Source of the DNA: an uncultured Chloroflexia bacterium
Lineage (GTDB): Bacteria; Chloroflexota; Limnocylindria; Limnocylindrales; CSP1-4
NCBI GenBank assembly: GCA_963712745.1
Contig: CAVQJC010000006.1
Span: 32,001 to 96,000 of the forward strand
Reading direction: 5' to 3'
DNA length: 64,000 nucleotides
The position numbers and the translations under genes were made by a program. This document shows, one piece after another, positions 55,716-64,000 of the stretch; within the stretch, counting starts at the first letter, position 1; each line of letters opens with the position of its first letter. The notes under the pieces are model-generated. The model saw only the letters and a program-made list of their open reading frames with translations. It made no database searches and was not told the origin of the DNA.

Positions 55716-57062
55716 CTAGTCCGTGGCTAGCTCATCGACCGTGGCCAGCAGCTCGGGCTCGGCGATCGCGCCCTGCGACCATTGGTCCTGCAGCTGGCGC
55801 AGGCGATAGACGGTGGATGGCTTGATCTCGACGTCCGCGAGCGTGATGGGGGCGTCCATCGCGACGGGACGGATGACCTTCGCGCCGGCGGCCAGGCCGA
55901 TAGGCAGGAGCCCCTCCGCCTGCGCGGTGTCGTAGGTGTCGATGAGGCTGTAGTAGGCCGTGCCACCGATGGCGTCGAGCGCGTCACCGGACTCGAGATC
56001 ACGCTTGGCCACGGCGAACACCTCGGACGCCAGGCGGTCAAGCGGGACCATGTTCGACCGGCGCCTTATGGCCAGCATCGCGCAGGTCAGCGGGACCTCG
56101 ATGCTGCACAGGTGGAAAGGGCGGAAGAGCGTGTAGTAGGGGCCGTCGCCCATGTCCCGCAGCACCATCGCCTCGCGCAAGCGCGGGTGGTCCGTGCGGA
56201 CGATGAGGAAGACGCCGGGTGCCACCTTGCCGATGCCGTAGTCGACGACGCCGATCCTGTCGAGGATGCCGCCGTCCTCCTTGAGCCGGAAGACCTCGTC
56301 GAGGTGGTCGCGATCGGTCTTCGGGCCGTGCATGCCGCGGACGTCTGGGACCAGGCCGGTGGCGTTGGAGACCGCGGCCATCTCGATCATCGTCTTGGAG
56401 CCGTCGACGAACTCGACGAGCATGTTGGGTGAGAGGCCGCGGCGAGCCGCTTCCTGCTGGACCGTGGGGTCGGCCGGCGTGGAGTGGCGGTCAAGCGGGT
56501 TGTTCTTGCCCTTGCCGGCCGCGACGACGGTGAAGCCCATCGACCGGGCCAGGTCGTAGAGCTCCATGCAGGCGGCCGGCTCGTCACCCGCAGCGAGTGC
56601 GTAGAGCACGCCCTTCTGCTTCGCGTACCAGTTCAGGATGGGACCCACCGTGATGTCGGTCTCGACATTCATCATGGCCAGGTCCTGGCCGCTGCGGGCC
56701 GAGCGCAGGGCAGCCCGGGCGCCGACCTCGGGCACGCCCGTCGACTCCAGCATCACATCGATGCTGCGCATGTCGGTCACGATGCGGTAGTCGGCAACGG
56801 CCACGTACTTGCCGGCCTCGACAGCAGCGTCGGCCTCGGCTGCGGTCTCGGCGGTGACCAGCTCTCCGTCGACCTGGCCGATGCGGTAGGCGTCGCGGGC
56901 ACGATCGAGGTCGATGTCAGCGGTGACGACGACGCGCACACCCTTCATCTCCCGGGTGGTGGCCACGACGTCCGTGCCCATCTGGCCAGCGCCCACGAGG
57001 CCCACCCGGACCGGCTTGCCGCTCGCTTCGCGCTGCTCGAGCTCGCTGTTCAGTCCGATCAT
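55716..57062 (-). CDS. NAD(P)-dependent oxidoreductase with C-terminal SAF domain (homoserine dehydrogenase-like)
   Basis: GLVGAGQMG, MNVETD.TVGP, GDEP, GKGKNNP, DGSKTMIEM, RPFHL, AKRDL..GD.LD.IGG. Confidence 0.88.
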   Translation of the reverse strand: MIGLNSELEQREASGKPVRVGLVGAGQMGTDVVATTREMKGVRVVVTADIDLDRARDAYRIGQVDGELVTAETAAEADAAVEAGKYVAVADYRIVTDMRSIDVMLESTGVPEVGARAALRSARSGQDLAMMNVETDITVGPILNWYAKQKGVLYALAAGDEPAACMELYDLARSMGFTVVAAGKGKNNPLDRHSTPADPTVQQEAARRGLSPNMLVEFVDGSKTMIEMAAVSNATGLVPDVRGMHGPKTDRDHLDEVFRLKEDGGILDRIGVVDYGIGKVAPGVFLIVRTDHPRLREAMVLRDMGDGPYYTLFRPFHLCSIEVPLTCAMLAIRRRSNMVPLDRLASEVFAVAKRDLESGDALDAIGGTAYYSLIDTYDTAQAEGLLPIGLAAGAKVIRPVAMDAPITLADVEIKPSTVYRLRQLQDQWSQGAIAEPELLATVDELATD

Positions 57063-58120
57063 GCCCCGGCCTCTCCTCCCTCGGTGATCTCGACCATCAC
57101 CTTGAGCGCTTCACCCGCGGCCACGGTCTTGAAGACCTGGTCGATCTCTGCGAGGGGGTAGGTGTGGGTGATGATCGCGTCGGGGTCGACCTGGCCCCGC
57201 TCGAGCAGCTGCAACGCCCGCAGGTGGAAGTCGGGGTGGTAGCTGAACGAGCCGATCACACGGATCTCGTCGTAGTGGATGCGATTGGCGTCGAGCTCGG
57301 TCATGGGGTTGGCCTTGGGCAGACCGCCGAAGAGGACGACGTTGCCCTTCTTGCGCACTGCGTCCACGGCCTGCTGGTGGGTGGCCGCCACGGGGTTGGC
57401 GCAGATGGCGCTGTCAGCCCCGAGCCCGCCGGTGAAGGCCTTGACCTCGGCCACTACGTCCTGCGTGGTGGGGTCGAGCACGAGCTCCGGCTCGAAGGGC
57501 TCGGCCATCTGCCGCCGGAGCGCGTTGGGCTCGCTGAGGATGACCCGCGCACCGCGAAGGTGGGCGATGGCGGTGTGGAGGCAGCCGATAGGCCCGGCGC
57601 CCATCACCAGCACGGTGTCGCCGAGCGTGGTGCCGATGTCCTGGTGGCACGCCTGGACGGAGCTCAGGGGTTCGCCCAAGGCCCCCTGGGGGAAGCTGAG
57701 AGAGGCCGGCATCTTGTGGATGGTGCCGCCGGCGAGGGCATGGGCCGGGAGCACGCAGTACTCGGCCAGCCCGCCCGCGAAGCCAGGCGTGATGCCGATC
57801 ATGGTCATCTCGTCGCAGAGGTTGAAGAGGCCGACGCTGCAGTACCAGCAGCGCAGGCAGTGCACGTCGGGAGCGACCGCAAGGTGGTCGCCGACCTCGT
57901 AGCCCACGACCCGGGAGCCGACCTCGGCGACCACACCGGCGAACTCGTGCCCGGGCACGGTCAGGCCACCGGGTGCCGGGCCTTCTCGCCAGCGCCGCAG
58001 GTCGGATCCACAGACCCCGCAGGCCCTGACCGCCAGCAGCACGCCATCCTCAGGGCACTCGGGCACGGGCATGTCGATCAGCTCGATGTGCTCGGGGCCG
58101 AGGAGTTGGGCGGCTTTCAC
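57059..58120 (-). CDS. Zn-dependent (sorbitol/iditol-type) dehydrogenase
   Basis: CGVCGSD, GHEFAG, C..C.YC.......C structural Zn site, GAGPIG. Confidence 0.9.
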   Translation of the reverse strand: MKAAQLLGPEHIELIDMPVPECPEDGVLLAVRACGVCGSDLRRWREGPAPGGLTVPGHEFAGVVAEVGSRVVGYEVGDHLAVAPDVHCLRCWYCSVGLFNLCDEMTMIGITPGFAGGLAEYCVLPAHALAGGTIHKMPASLSFPQGALGEPLSSVQACHQDIGTTLGDTVLVMGAGPIGCLHTAIAHLRGARVILSEPNALRRQMAEPFEPELVLDPTTQDVVAEVKAFTGGLGADSAICANPVAATHQQAVDAVRKKGNVVLFGGLPKANPMTELDANRIHYDEIRVIGSFSYHPDFHLRALQLLERGQVDPDAIITHTYPLAEIDQVFKTVAAGEALKVMVEITEGGEAGA

Positions 58121-58725
58121 GACTTCTGTGTCTCCCTGATCTTGTGGCCGACGGCACCGCCGGGATGGGTCTCGCCGAAGTCGTCGACCGAGTAGCCACG
58201 CAGTTCCAGCAGTGCCACGCAGATGGCGTCGCAGAAGGCGGAGTTGAAGAGCGAGCTGCCTGTGGCGACCATGCCGAAGGGGTCAACGCCGTCGGGCGCG
58301 GTCAGGTGCAGCACGATGTCGGCCAGCTCGCCGAGGCTCGATCCGGGCTTCTCGGTGATGGCCACGACCTTGGCGCCGCGCCGCTTGGCGATGCCGGCAA
58401 GGAAGACGACCTCGGTGGTCTCGCCACCCTTGGACAGGCCGATCCAGACGTCGTTCGCGGCTACCGCGCCCGAGGCACCATGCTGGCTGTCGCCCGGATG
58501 GAGGAACAGGGCCGGCGTGCCCACGCACGAGAGCAGGTGGGCGAAGCGAAGGGCCACCGCGTGCGAGGTGCCGGAGCCCGAGACGATGACCTTGCCGCTG
58601 CACTCGAGCAGCAGGCGCACGGTCTCGGCGAAGGTGCCAGGCAGTTGCCCACTGACGCTGGCCACCGCGGCGGCCTCGCGCGCGATCACCTCGGCGGCGA
58701 GCTCGCGCAGGCTCTGGTCGTCCAC
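58117..58725 (-). CDS. SIS-domain sugar-phosphate isomerase (KpsF/GutQ-like, no CBS domains)
   Basis: SGSGTS, GTPALFLHP.DSQHG, SKGGET.E, HPGGAVG. Confidence 0.88.
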   Translation of the reverse strand: MDDQSLRELAAEVIAREAAAVASVSGQLPGTFAETVRLLLECSGKVIVSGSGTSHAVALRFAHLLSCVGTPALFLHPGDSQHGASGAVAANDVWIGLSKGGETTEVVFLAGIAKRRGAKVVAITEKPGSSLGELADIVLHLTAPDGVDPFGMVATGSSLFNSAFCDAICVALLELRGYSVDDFGETHPGGAVGHKIRETQKS

Positions 58726-59688
58726 TCAGCCGTCCTCCAGGAGCCTGGAGGCGGTCACCGAATCGGTGATGAGTACCTTGATGAGTCGGCCATCAAGTGC
58801 GGCGCGGATGGCGGCCACCTTGTCCGGCCCGCCGGAGACGCCCACGACCTTAGGCACCTGCTTGATCTGCTCCAGGGTCATGCCGATGATGCGGTCGTTG
58901 ACCTCGGACTCGATGCATTCGCCGGAGGCGTCGTAGTAGCGCAGGGCGATGTCGCCGACCGCGCCCTTGCGCAGGAGGCCGTCGAGCTCAGCCCGTGTGA
59001 TGATCGAGCCGTCGCGCATGGTCACCGAGTCGCGAGTCGGAGCGCCGATGCCCACGAACGCGATGTCGAGGTCGTCGAAGGCCTCGACCGCCCGGCGCAC
59101 GTGCACATCGGAGAGGAGCGCCTCGCGGGTTCGCTGGTCGTTGACGATACCGGGGACCGGCAGCAACGTGAGGCGGCAGGAGAGCGAGCGCGACACGCTG
59201 CGGCAAAGCTCGGTGGCGTGGACCTCCGCGTCCGGCTGACCGAGGCCGCCGATCATCTGTACCACCTGGGCGTTGGGATAGCGCTGCGGGGCCAGGCTGG
59301 CGGCCATGTAGCGAAGCGTGTCGCCCCAGCACATGCCGATGGTGCTGCGGCTTGAGATGGCGCGGCTGAGGTAGGCGGCGGCGGCGCCTCCGACGGCCCG
59401 GCTGACCTGTGCCTGGGAGTCGCCCGGCTGGACCTCCACCACCAGCGCCTCCTGGAGGCCGTAGCGTTCCTCGAGCCGACTCTCCAGGTCGAGGAAGAGA
59501 TCCTCCGGGGCGACCACGTTGATCTGGACGATGCCAGTCCCGCGCGCCTGCGCCATCAACCGCGACACCTTCGACCGTGAGAGGCCCAGGCGCGCCGTTA
59601 TGGCGTCCTGGTTGAGGCCGTCCTCGTAGTAGAAGCGGGCGACCTTGACCAGCAAGCGGAGCTCCTCGTTCGCAGGTTGGCTGGCCAT
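58726..59688 (-). CDS. SorC/DeoR family sugar-binding transcriptional regulator
   Basis: VARFYYEDGLNQ..I..RLGLSR.KVSRL, WGDT, GAVGDI, LITD. Confidence 0.93.
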   Translation of the reverse strand: MASQPANEELRLLVKVARFYYEDGLNQDAITARLGLSRSKVSRLMAQARGTGIVQINVVAPEDLFLDLESRLEERYGLQEALVVEVQPGDSQAQVSRAVGGAAAAYLSRAISSRSTIGMCWGDTLRYMAASLAPQRYPNAQVVQMIGGLGQPDAEVHATELCRSVSRSLSCRLTLLPVPGIVNDQRTREALLSDVHVRRAVEAFDDLDIAFVGIGAPTRDSVTMRDGSIITRAELDGLLRKGAVGDIALRYYDASGECIESEVNDRIIGMTLEQIKQVPKVVGVSGGPDKVAAIRAALDGRLIKVLITDSVTASRLLEDG

Positions 59689-59709
59689 CAAGCGGCAAGG
59701 CACATGTCG

Positions 59710-59755
59710 TGAGAGTTCTCTCGGTCCTGAGAATATTCTCAATGGACGCTAGCAC
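59710..59755 (-). promoter_or_regulatory. Promoter/operator 1: extended -10 (TGcTAGCGT) plus tandem 14-bp operators
   Basis: Perfect palindrome TGAGAATATTCTCA at 59728-59741; degenerate copy TGAGAGTTCTCTCG at 59710-59723. Confidence 0.8.
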
Positions 59756-59941
59756 GCTGTGCGCGGCCGAGTCAACCGAATCTGCAAACGGATGCGGGCT
59801 CCGCGACGCGTCGACGAATGAGCCGAGGCGGCGCTGCAGCGGGGGTTCTACGCGGGATCCCGGGGGCCACGCCGGCGTGGGCGGGTGCTGCGCCCGATCG
59901 GGGAGCCACGGTGCGCGAGGCCGCGCTCGCTTGTGCCTGGT

Positions 59942-59997
59942 GCACGAGTCCGACAATGCCGCGCACGAGTCCGACAATGCCGCGCACGAGTCCGACA
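59942..59997. repeat. 21-bp tandem repeat x2.7
   Basis: gcacgagtccgacaatgccgc units. Confidence 0.9.
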
Positions 59998-60092
59998 CGA
60001 CAGTGGCCAACCAGTCTGTCCGTTTGCATCTGGCGCGCAACCGCGACGTTCCCTTGCACGTCGCACGATGGACCGGCGAATCTCGCTCGGCG

Positions 60093-60266
60093 GACTGGCG
60101 ACATCGCACTCGCACTGGTCGAACTCGTGCCTCTGGTGCAAGCCGATCCGGGCCGCAAGCCGATCCCGGTGCAAGCTGATCCGGGCCGACTGGCGACATC
60201 GCACTCGCACTGGTCGAACTCGTGCTCCCGGTGCAAGCCGATCCGGGCCGCAAGCCGATCCGGGCC
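60093..60266. repeat. ~95-bp direct repeat x2 containing five ~17-bp gcaagccgatccgggcc subunits
   Basis: Units start at 60093 and 60188. Confidence 0.9.
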
Positions 60267-60269
60267 GGA

Positions 60270-60560
60270 CGCTCCATCGACCTCACCATCCCGGTCCACC
60301 AGGACGACCGAGGGGAGCGCGGAGGAGGCGGCCACGCCCCGGATCTCGGCCCGGTCGACGCCGCGTACGGCGAGGACCTTGCGAACCATGCGGCAGAAGG
60401 CGTCCCAGTAGCGTGGCGCATCGTGCTCCGACCAGCCGGGGTGGTCGGTGTGGATGGGGTATTCCTCGTAGGCGTAGCCGAGCTGCGCGCCGGTGGGATC
60501 GATGAGCGCGACCTTGGCGCCGCCGGTGCCGTAGTCAGCGCCCAGCAGGTAGTCGGCCAT
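60270..60560 (-). pseudogene. 5' fragment (about 95 aa) of an FGGY carbohydrate kinase
   Basis: LLGADYGTGGAK...GWSEHD...W...LVDRDG, after which it runs into repeat DNA. Confidence 0.85.
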
Positions 60561-60582
60561 GAGCCTCGTCCGATGCCATGCG

Positions 60583-60627
60583 TGAGAAATCTCTCGCTAA
60601 TGAGAATATTCTCAGGTCACGCTAGCA
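60583..60627 (-). promoter_or_regulatory. Promoter/operator 2: same architecture as operator 1
   Basis: TGAGAATATTCTCA at 60601-60614, TGAGAAATCTCTCG at 60583-60596, then ACGCTAGCAC. Confidence 0.8.
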
Positions 60628-60708
60628 CCAGGCGCGCCCGCGAGTCAGCGCCGTCGGGTGGCAGCAGCGGCAGCGCAGGCGTGGCGGGCGTATGCCAGAA
60701 CGCGACCT

Positions 60709-62034
60709 TCAGCCCACATCGATGGGCGCGGCGGCGGTGGCGGCGGCCTGCACCTCCGGCGGCAGCAGCTCGCGATGCGCGGCACGCTCCCAGGCCGCAT
60801 CGGACCAGCGGTAGCACCCGAAGGCGAGCGCGCACAAGATCAGCGCGGCCACGGCCAGGGGCGTGATGCCGCCGTCGTAGGACGCATCGATGGTCGCCCC
60901 GATGAGCGCCCCGCCGAGGGTCGCGACCGCCCCCACCACGGCGGCGGCGGTCCCGGCGATCCGTCCTGCCGGCAGCATGGCTGCCGAGTTCAGGTTGGGC
61001 ATCGAGAAAGCGTGGGCCAGGAGCAGCGGCAGGATGCCCACCAGGTAGAGCCAGAACGGCGGATGTCCACCCGTGGCGACGGCGATGGCCGCGAAGAGCA
61101 GGGCCGCGGCCAGGTACCCGGTGAGGGCGACGCGCAGCATCAACCGCAGTCCGAAGCGGTCGATGAGGCGAGGGTTGGACAGCACACCCAGTCCGAACGC
61201 GAGCGCCGATCCCCCGAAGATGAGGGGGAACCAGGCAGCAAGGCCGAAGACGTCGTCGACGATGAGCTCGGTCGAGGCCAGGTAGGAGGCGAAGAAGCCA
61301 AAGACCAGCATCTGGGCCAGCGTCAAACCCATGGTGAATCGGCTGCCCAGCACCGCCCGGCCAGCGGCCAGCAGCCGCTTCGCGCGCAGGGCGATGCGAC
61401 GGTCAGCCGGGAGCGTCTCCGGCAGGCGCAGTGACCAGGCCGCGGTCAGCAGTGCCGCCAGCGCGAAGAAGGCGAAGACCCAGCGCCACGTGCCCACGGC
61501 CAGCACGACCGCGCCCAGCGAGGGCGCCAGCATCGGGACCAGGATGAAGACCGCCATCACGTACGAGAGGGTCTTGGCCATCTCGTCCCCTTCGTAGCGG
61601 TCGCGGACCGTGCCGAACGTGACCACGCGGACCGCCGCCGCGCCGAGGCCGGCCAGGAACCGCCAGGCCAGCAGGAGCGTGAGTGACGGCGCGACTGCGG
61701 CACCCAGGGCAGCCAGGATGTAGATGGCCAGCCCGACCCACAGGATCCGCTTGCGCCCGAGCGCATCGGAGAGCGGGCCCCAGACGGGCTGGCCCAGGCC
61801 GAACCCAAGGAAGAAGACGGTGACCACCAGGGCGACATCGCTGGCGTCGGAGGCTAGGCCGAAGTCCGCGCGAATGTCGCCGAAGGCCGGCAGCATCATG
61901 TCGATGGCCAGCGCGGTCAGGGCCATGAGCATGGAGATGAGCACGATGAACTCGCGGCGGCCCATGCGCGCCTCGAAGGGGTCGACAGGCACGCTCAAGG
62001 CAGACGCCGCGGAAGGGCCACGTGCCTTCGTCAC
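60709..62034 (-). CDS. Bcr/CflA family multidrug efflux MFS transporter
   Basis: ALAIDMMLPAF, GQ...GPLSD.LGRK, P.LAP.LG, LPETL. Confidence 0.9.
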   Translation of the reverse strand: MTKARGPSAASALSVPVDPFEARMGRREFIVLISMLMALTALAIDMMLPAFGDIRADFGLASDASDVALVVTVFFLGFGLGQPVWGPLSDALGRKRILWVGLAIYILAALGAAVAPSLTLLLAWRFLAGLGAAAVRVVTFGTVRDRYEGDEMAKTLSYVMAVFILVPMLAPSLGAVVLAVGTWRWVFAFFALAALLTAAWSLRLPETLPADRRIALRAKRLLAAGRAVLGSRFTMGLTLAQMLVFGFFASYLASTELIVDDVFGLAAWFPLIFGGSALAFGLGVLSNPRLIDRFGLRLMLRVALTGYLAAALLFAAIAVATGGHPPFWLYLVGILPLLLAHAFSMPNLNSAAMLPAGRIAGTAAAVVGAVATLGGALIGATIDASYDGGITPLAVAALILCALAFGCYRWSDAAWERAAHRELLPPEVQAAATAAAPIDVG

Positions 62035-62726
62035 CCCAGATCGAGGGGAGTGCCCAGCGAGCGACGGGCTGCACGGGCGACGCGCAGGAAACTCACGACA
62101 TGGGCCACGGGTCGGATGTGTGAGCCAGCCTGCTCGTAGATGGTGGGGATGGGTACCCAGTCGATCTCAAGACCCGCCCGGATGGCATCGGTGATCATCT
62201 CGACTTCGAACTCGAAGCCGTCCTCGCCGCTGGCCAGCAGGTGCGGCAGCAACGGCCTGGCGATCAGCCGGTAGCCCGACTGGTTGTCCTCGATATGCCG
62301 GCCCACCGCCCAGCTGAACACCCGGGTGCCGAGGTTGTTGGCCAGCCGCCGCGACAGCGGCATCTGGCTGAAATCGCGCCGGCCGATGATGAGCGGCGCC
62401 CCCCCGGTCCGCCAGGCCGCCAGGAAGTCGGGTGCGCACGCTGGGTCGTGCTGGCCGTCGGCGTCGAGCGTGAGGACAGCCTCGACCCCGGCCTCGAGCG
62501 CATGGCTGAATCCCCGCCGCAGCGCCGCGCCCTTGCCCTGGTTGGCGGGTTGTCGCAGGACCGTGGCGCCGGCGGCCTGCGCCACCACACCGGTACGGTC
62601 CGTGGAGCCATCGTCGACGACCACGACCGGCAGGTGCTCGGCCGTGGTGCGCACTACCGTGTCCAGAGTGGGCGCAGCCTGATAGGCCGGGATCACGGCC
62701 ATGACCTGGGGCGGCGAGTCCATCAC
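62031..62726 (-). CDS. Glycosyltransferase family 2 (DPM synthase-like)
   Basis: VIPAY, VVDDGSTD, GKG.AL, DADGQH, D.QSGYR, FEFEVE. Confidence 0.92.
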   Translation of the reverse strand: MMDSPPQVMAVIPAYQAAPTLDTVVRTTAEHLPVVVVDDGSTDRTGVVAQAAGATVLRQPANQGKGAALRRGFSHALEAGVEAVLTLDADGQHDPACAPDFLAAWRTGGAPLIIGRRDFSQMPLSRRLANNLGTRVFSWAVGRHIEDNQSGYRLIARPLLPHLLASGEDGFEFEVEMITDAIRAGLEIDWVPIPTIYEQAGSHIRPVAHVVSFLRVARAARRSLGTPLDLG

Positions 62727-62777
62727 GAGCCGGTCGGGTCGTTCACGAGCCCATCGTAGACGTGTCGATGAGGTTGC

Positions 62778-64000
62778 CTAGTCGATCATGATCGCGTCCG
62801 GCGCGGGCAGTCCGGTGGGGGTCGCGAGGTAGGCGGCGGGCAGGCGGCGGTTGAGCGCGAACTCACGCATGGCCGTGGCGCCGCTGAGGTTGTAGACCTC
62901 GGCGAAGCCGTGCTGCTTGAGCACTCGCGTGCCGAGGTACGAGCGCAAGCCGGAACGGCAGGCCACGATCGTCGGCAGCGACGGATCCAGCTCCCCTATC
63001 CGGTCGCGTAGCTCGTCGAGCGGGATGTTGAGGATCCTGTCGCAGTCGGCCAGCGGAAGCGCCTCCACCTCCGCAGGCGAACGCACATCGACGACCTGGT
63101 ACGGACACAGGTCGATGTCCGGCTGGACCACTGGCGCCAGGCCGTCGAGGTGGTTCTGAGCCGCGAAGGCGGCCATGTGTAGCGGGTCCTTGGCCGAGCC
63201 GAACGGCGGGGCATAGGCCAGGTCGAGCTCGGCCAGATCGTGGACCGTGCCGCCGAAGTGCGTCAGCGTGGCGACCACATCGAGTCGCTTGTCCACGCCT
63301 TCGCCGCCGACGGCCTGGGCGCCGAGCACCTTGCCGCTGCCCTCCTCGAAGACGAGCTTGACGGCCATGGCCTGGGCGCCGGGGTAGTAGCCGGCGTGGT
63401 TGTTGGCGATGACGTGCACAGCCGTCGCCTCGAACCCGGCCTGCCTGGCCGCGTGCAACGACAGGCCGGTGATGCCGGCGGCGGTGCCGAAGACACGCAC
63501 GATCGAGGTGCCCCAGGCCGCCGGTGCCCGGCGCGAGGCCCCCGTCGCCGCATGCTCACCGGCCAGGCGGCCGGTGCGGTTGGCCGGGCCCGCCAGCGGC
63601 ACGCGCTGCTTGCCGCCGGTGCTGCCGTAGAGGTACTCGGCCGCATCGCCGACCGCGTAGATGTCGGGATCGTTGGTGCGCATGAACTCGTCGGTGGCGA
63701 TGCCCCCACTCTCACCGATCTCGATGCCGGCCGCCCTGGCCAGGCCGGTGTTGGGCCGGACGCCGATGCCGAGCAGCACCAGGTCGGCCGGCAGGCGAGT
63801 GCCGTCGGAGAGCACGGCCGCGACGGCACGACCGCCGACCTCCTCGATGGCTGCGATGCCGTTGCCCAGCTCCAGGCGCACGCCGTTGTACTCCAGCTGC
63901 CGATGCAGCGGCTCGACCATCTCGCGGTCGTGCAGTGGCAGCACCTGCGTCTGCATCTCCACCAACGCCACGTCAAGGCCCTTGCGCCGGAACTGCTCGG
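62778..64000 (-). CDS. CoA-disulfide reductase-like FAD oxidoreductase with C-terminal rhodanese domain, 5'-truncated by the window edge
   Basis: IYAVGDA, LAGPANR.GR, GVDKRLDV, DLAYAPPFGSAKDP, rhodanese CRSGLRS. Confidence 0.9.
   Translation of the reverse strand, partial: EQFRRKGLDVALVEMQTQVLPLHDREMVEPLHRQLEYNGVRLELGNGIAAIEEVGGRAVAAVLSDGTRLPADLVLLGIGVRPNTGLARAAGIEIGESGGIATDEFMRTNDPDIYAVGDAAEYLYGSTGGKQRVPLAGPANRTGRLAGEHAATGASRRAPAAWGTSIVRVFGTAAGITGLSLHAARQAGFEATAVHVIANNHAGYYPGAQAMAVKLVFEEGSGKVLGAQAVGGEGVDKRLDVVATLTHFGGTVHDLAELDLAYAPPFGSAKDPLHMAAFAAQNHLDGLAPVVQPDIDLCPYQVVDVRSPAEVEALPLADCDRILNIPLDELRDRIGELDPSLPTIVACRSGLRSYLGTRVLKQHGFAEVYNLSGATAMREFALNRRLPAAYLATPTGLPAPDAIMID

Noticed and set aside
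59942-60266. Possible CRISPR array
   Set aside because: The repeats are tandem or nested with no unique spacers, and there are no cas genes in the window.
59772-60560. 262-aa ORF as an intact protein
   Set aside because: Only the first ~95 aa are kinase-like; the rest is read-through into repeats.
1-64000. Programmed frameshifting as the cause of the frame breaks; prophage, IS or tRNA
   Set aside because: There are no slippery heptamers at the breaks and several unrelated genes are affected, which favours assembly indels. I recognised no integrase, transposase, phage gene or tRNA.

Overview
High-GC bacterial chromosomal window. Gene content (PE/PT-stalk surface proteins, DUF1269/SHOCT/TM2 proteins, F420-type LLM oxidoreductase, many apparently leaderless genes) suggests a Chloroflexota or Actinomycetota organism; this is inference only. 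It holds about 58 CDSs. I saw no rRNA, tRNA, CRISPR array or transposase. Main blocks: adenosine deaminase and a ClC protein; a soluble Mo-formate dehydrogenase operon (fdsG-fdsB-fdsA-fdhD-mobA); assorted enzymes and transporters; vapBC; an Azospirillum-type ipdC; a divergent cluster of anchor-less PASTA-only proteins; mgtE; a coupled three-gene operon (N-formylglutamate amidohydrolase-like, QEGLA/DUF1704 MATCAP-like metallopeptidase, GshB-like ATP-grasp ligase); cellobiose phosphorylase; a ~1000-aa stalked surface protein; and a sugar/polyol catabolic region with twin SorC-type operators and a repeat-disrupted kinase. Best candidates for new biology: (1) the ATP-grasp plus two peptidases as a possible writer/eraser system; (2) a natural NuoF-E183A-equivalent change in FdsB, suggesting NADP(H) use; (3) the PASTA cluster; (4) the unassigned sugar pathway. 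Several single-base frameshifts suggest assembly indel errors, so frame-based claims need read-level checks. Family assignments come from motif recognition, not database searches.
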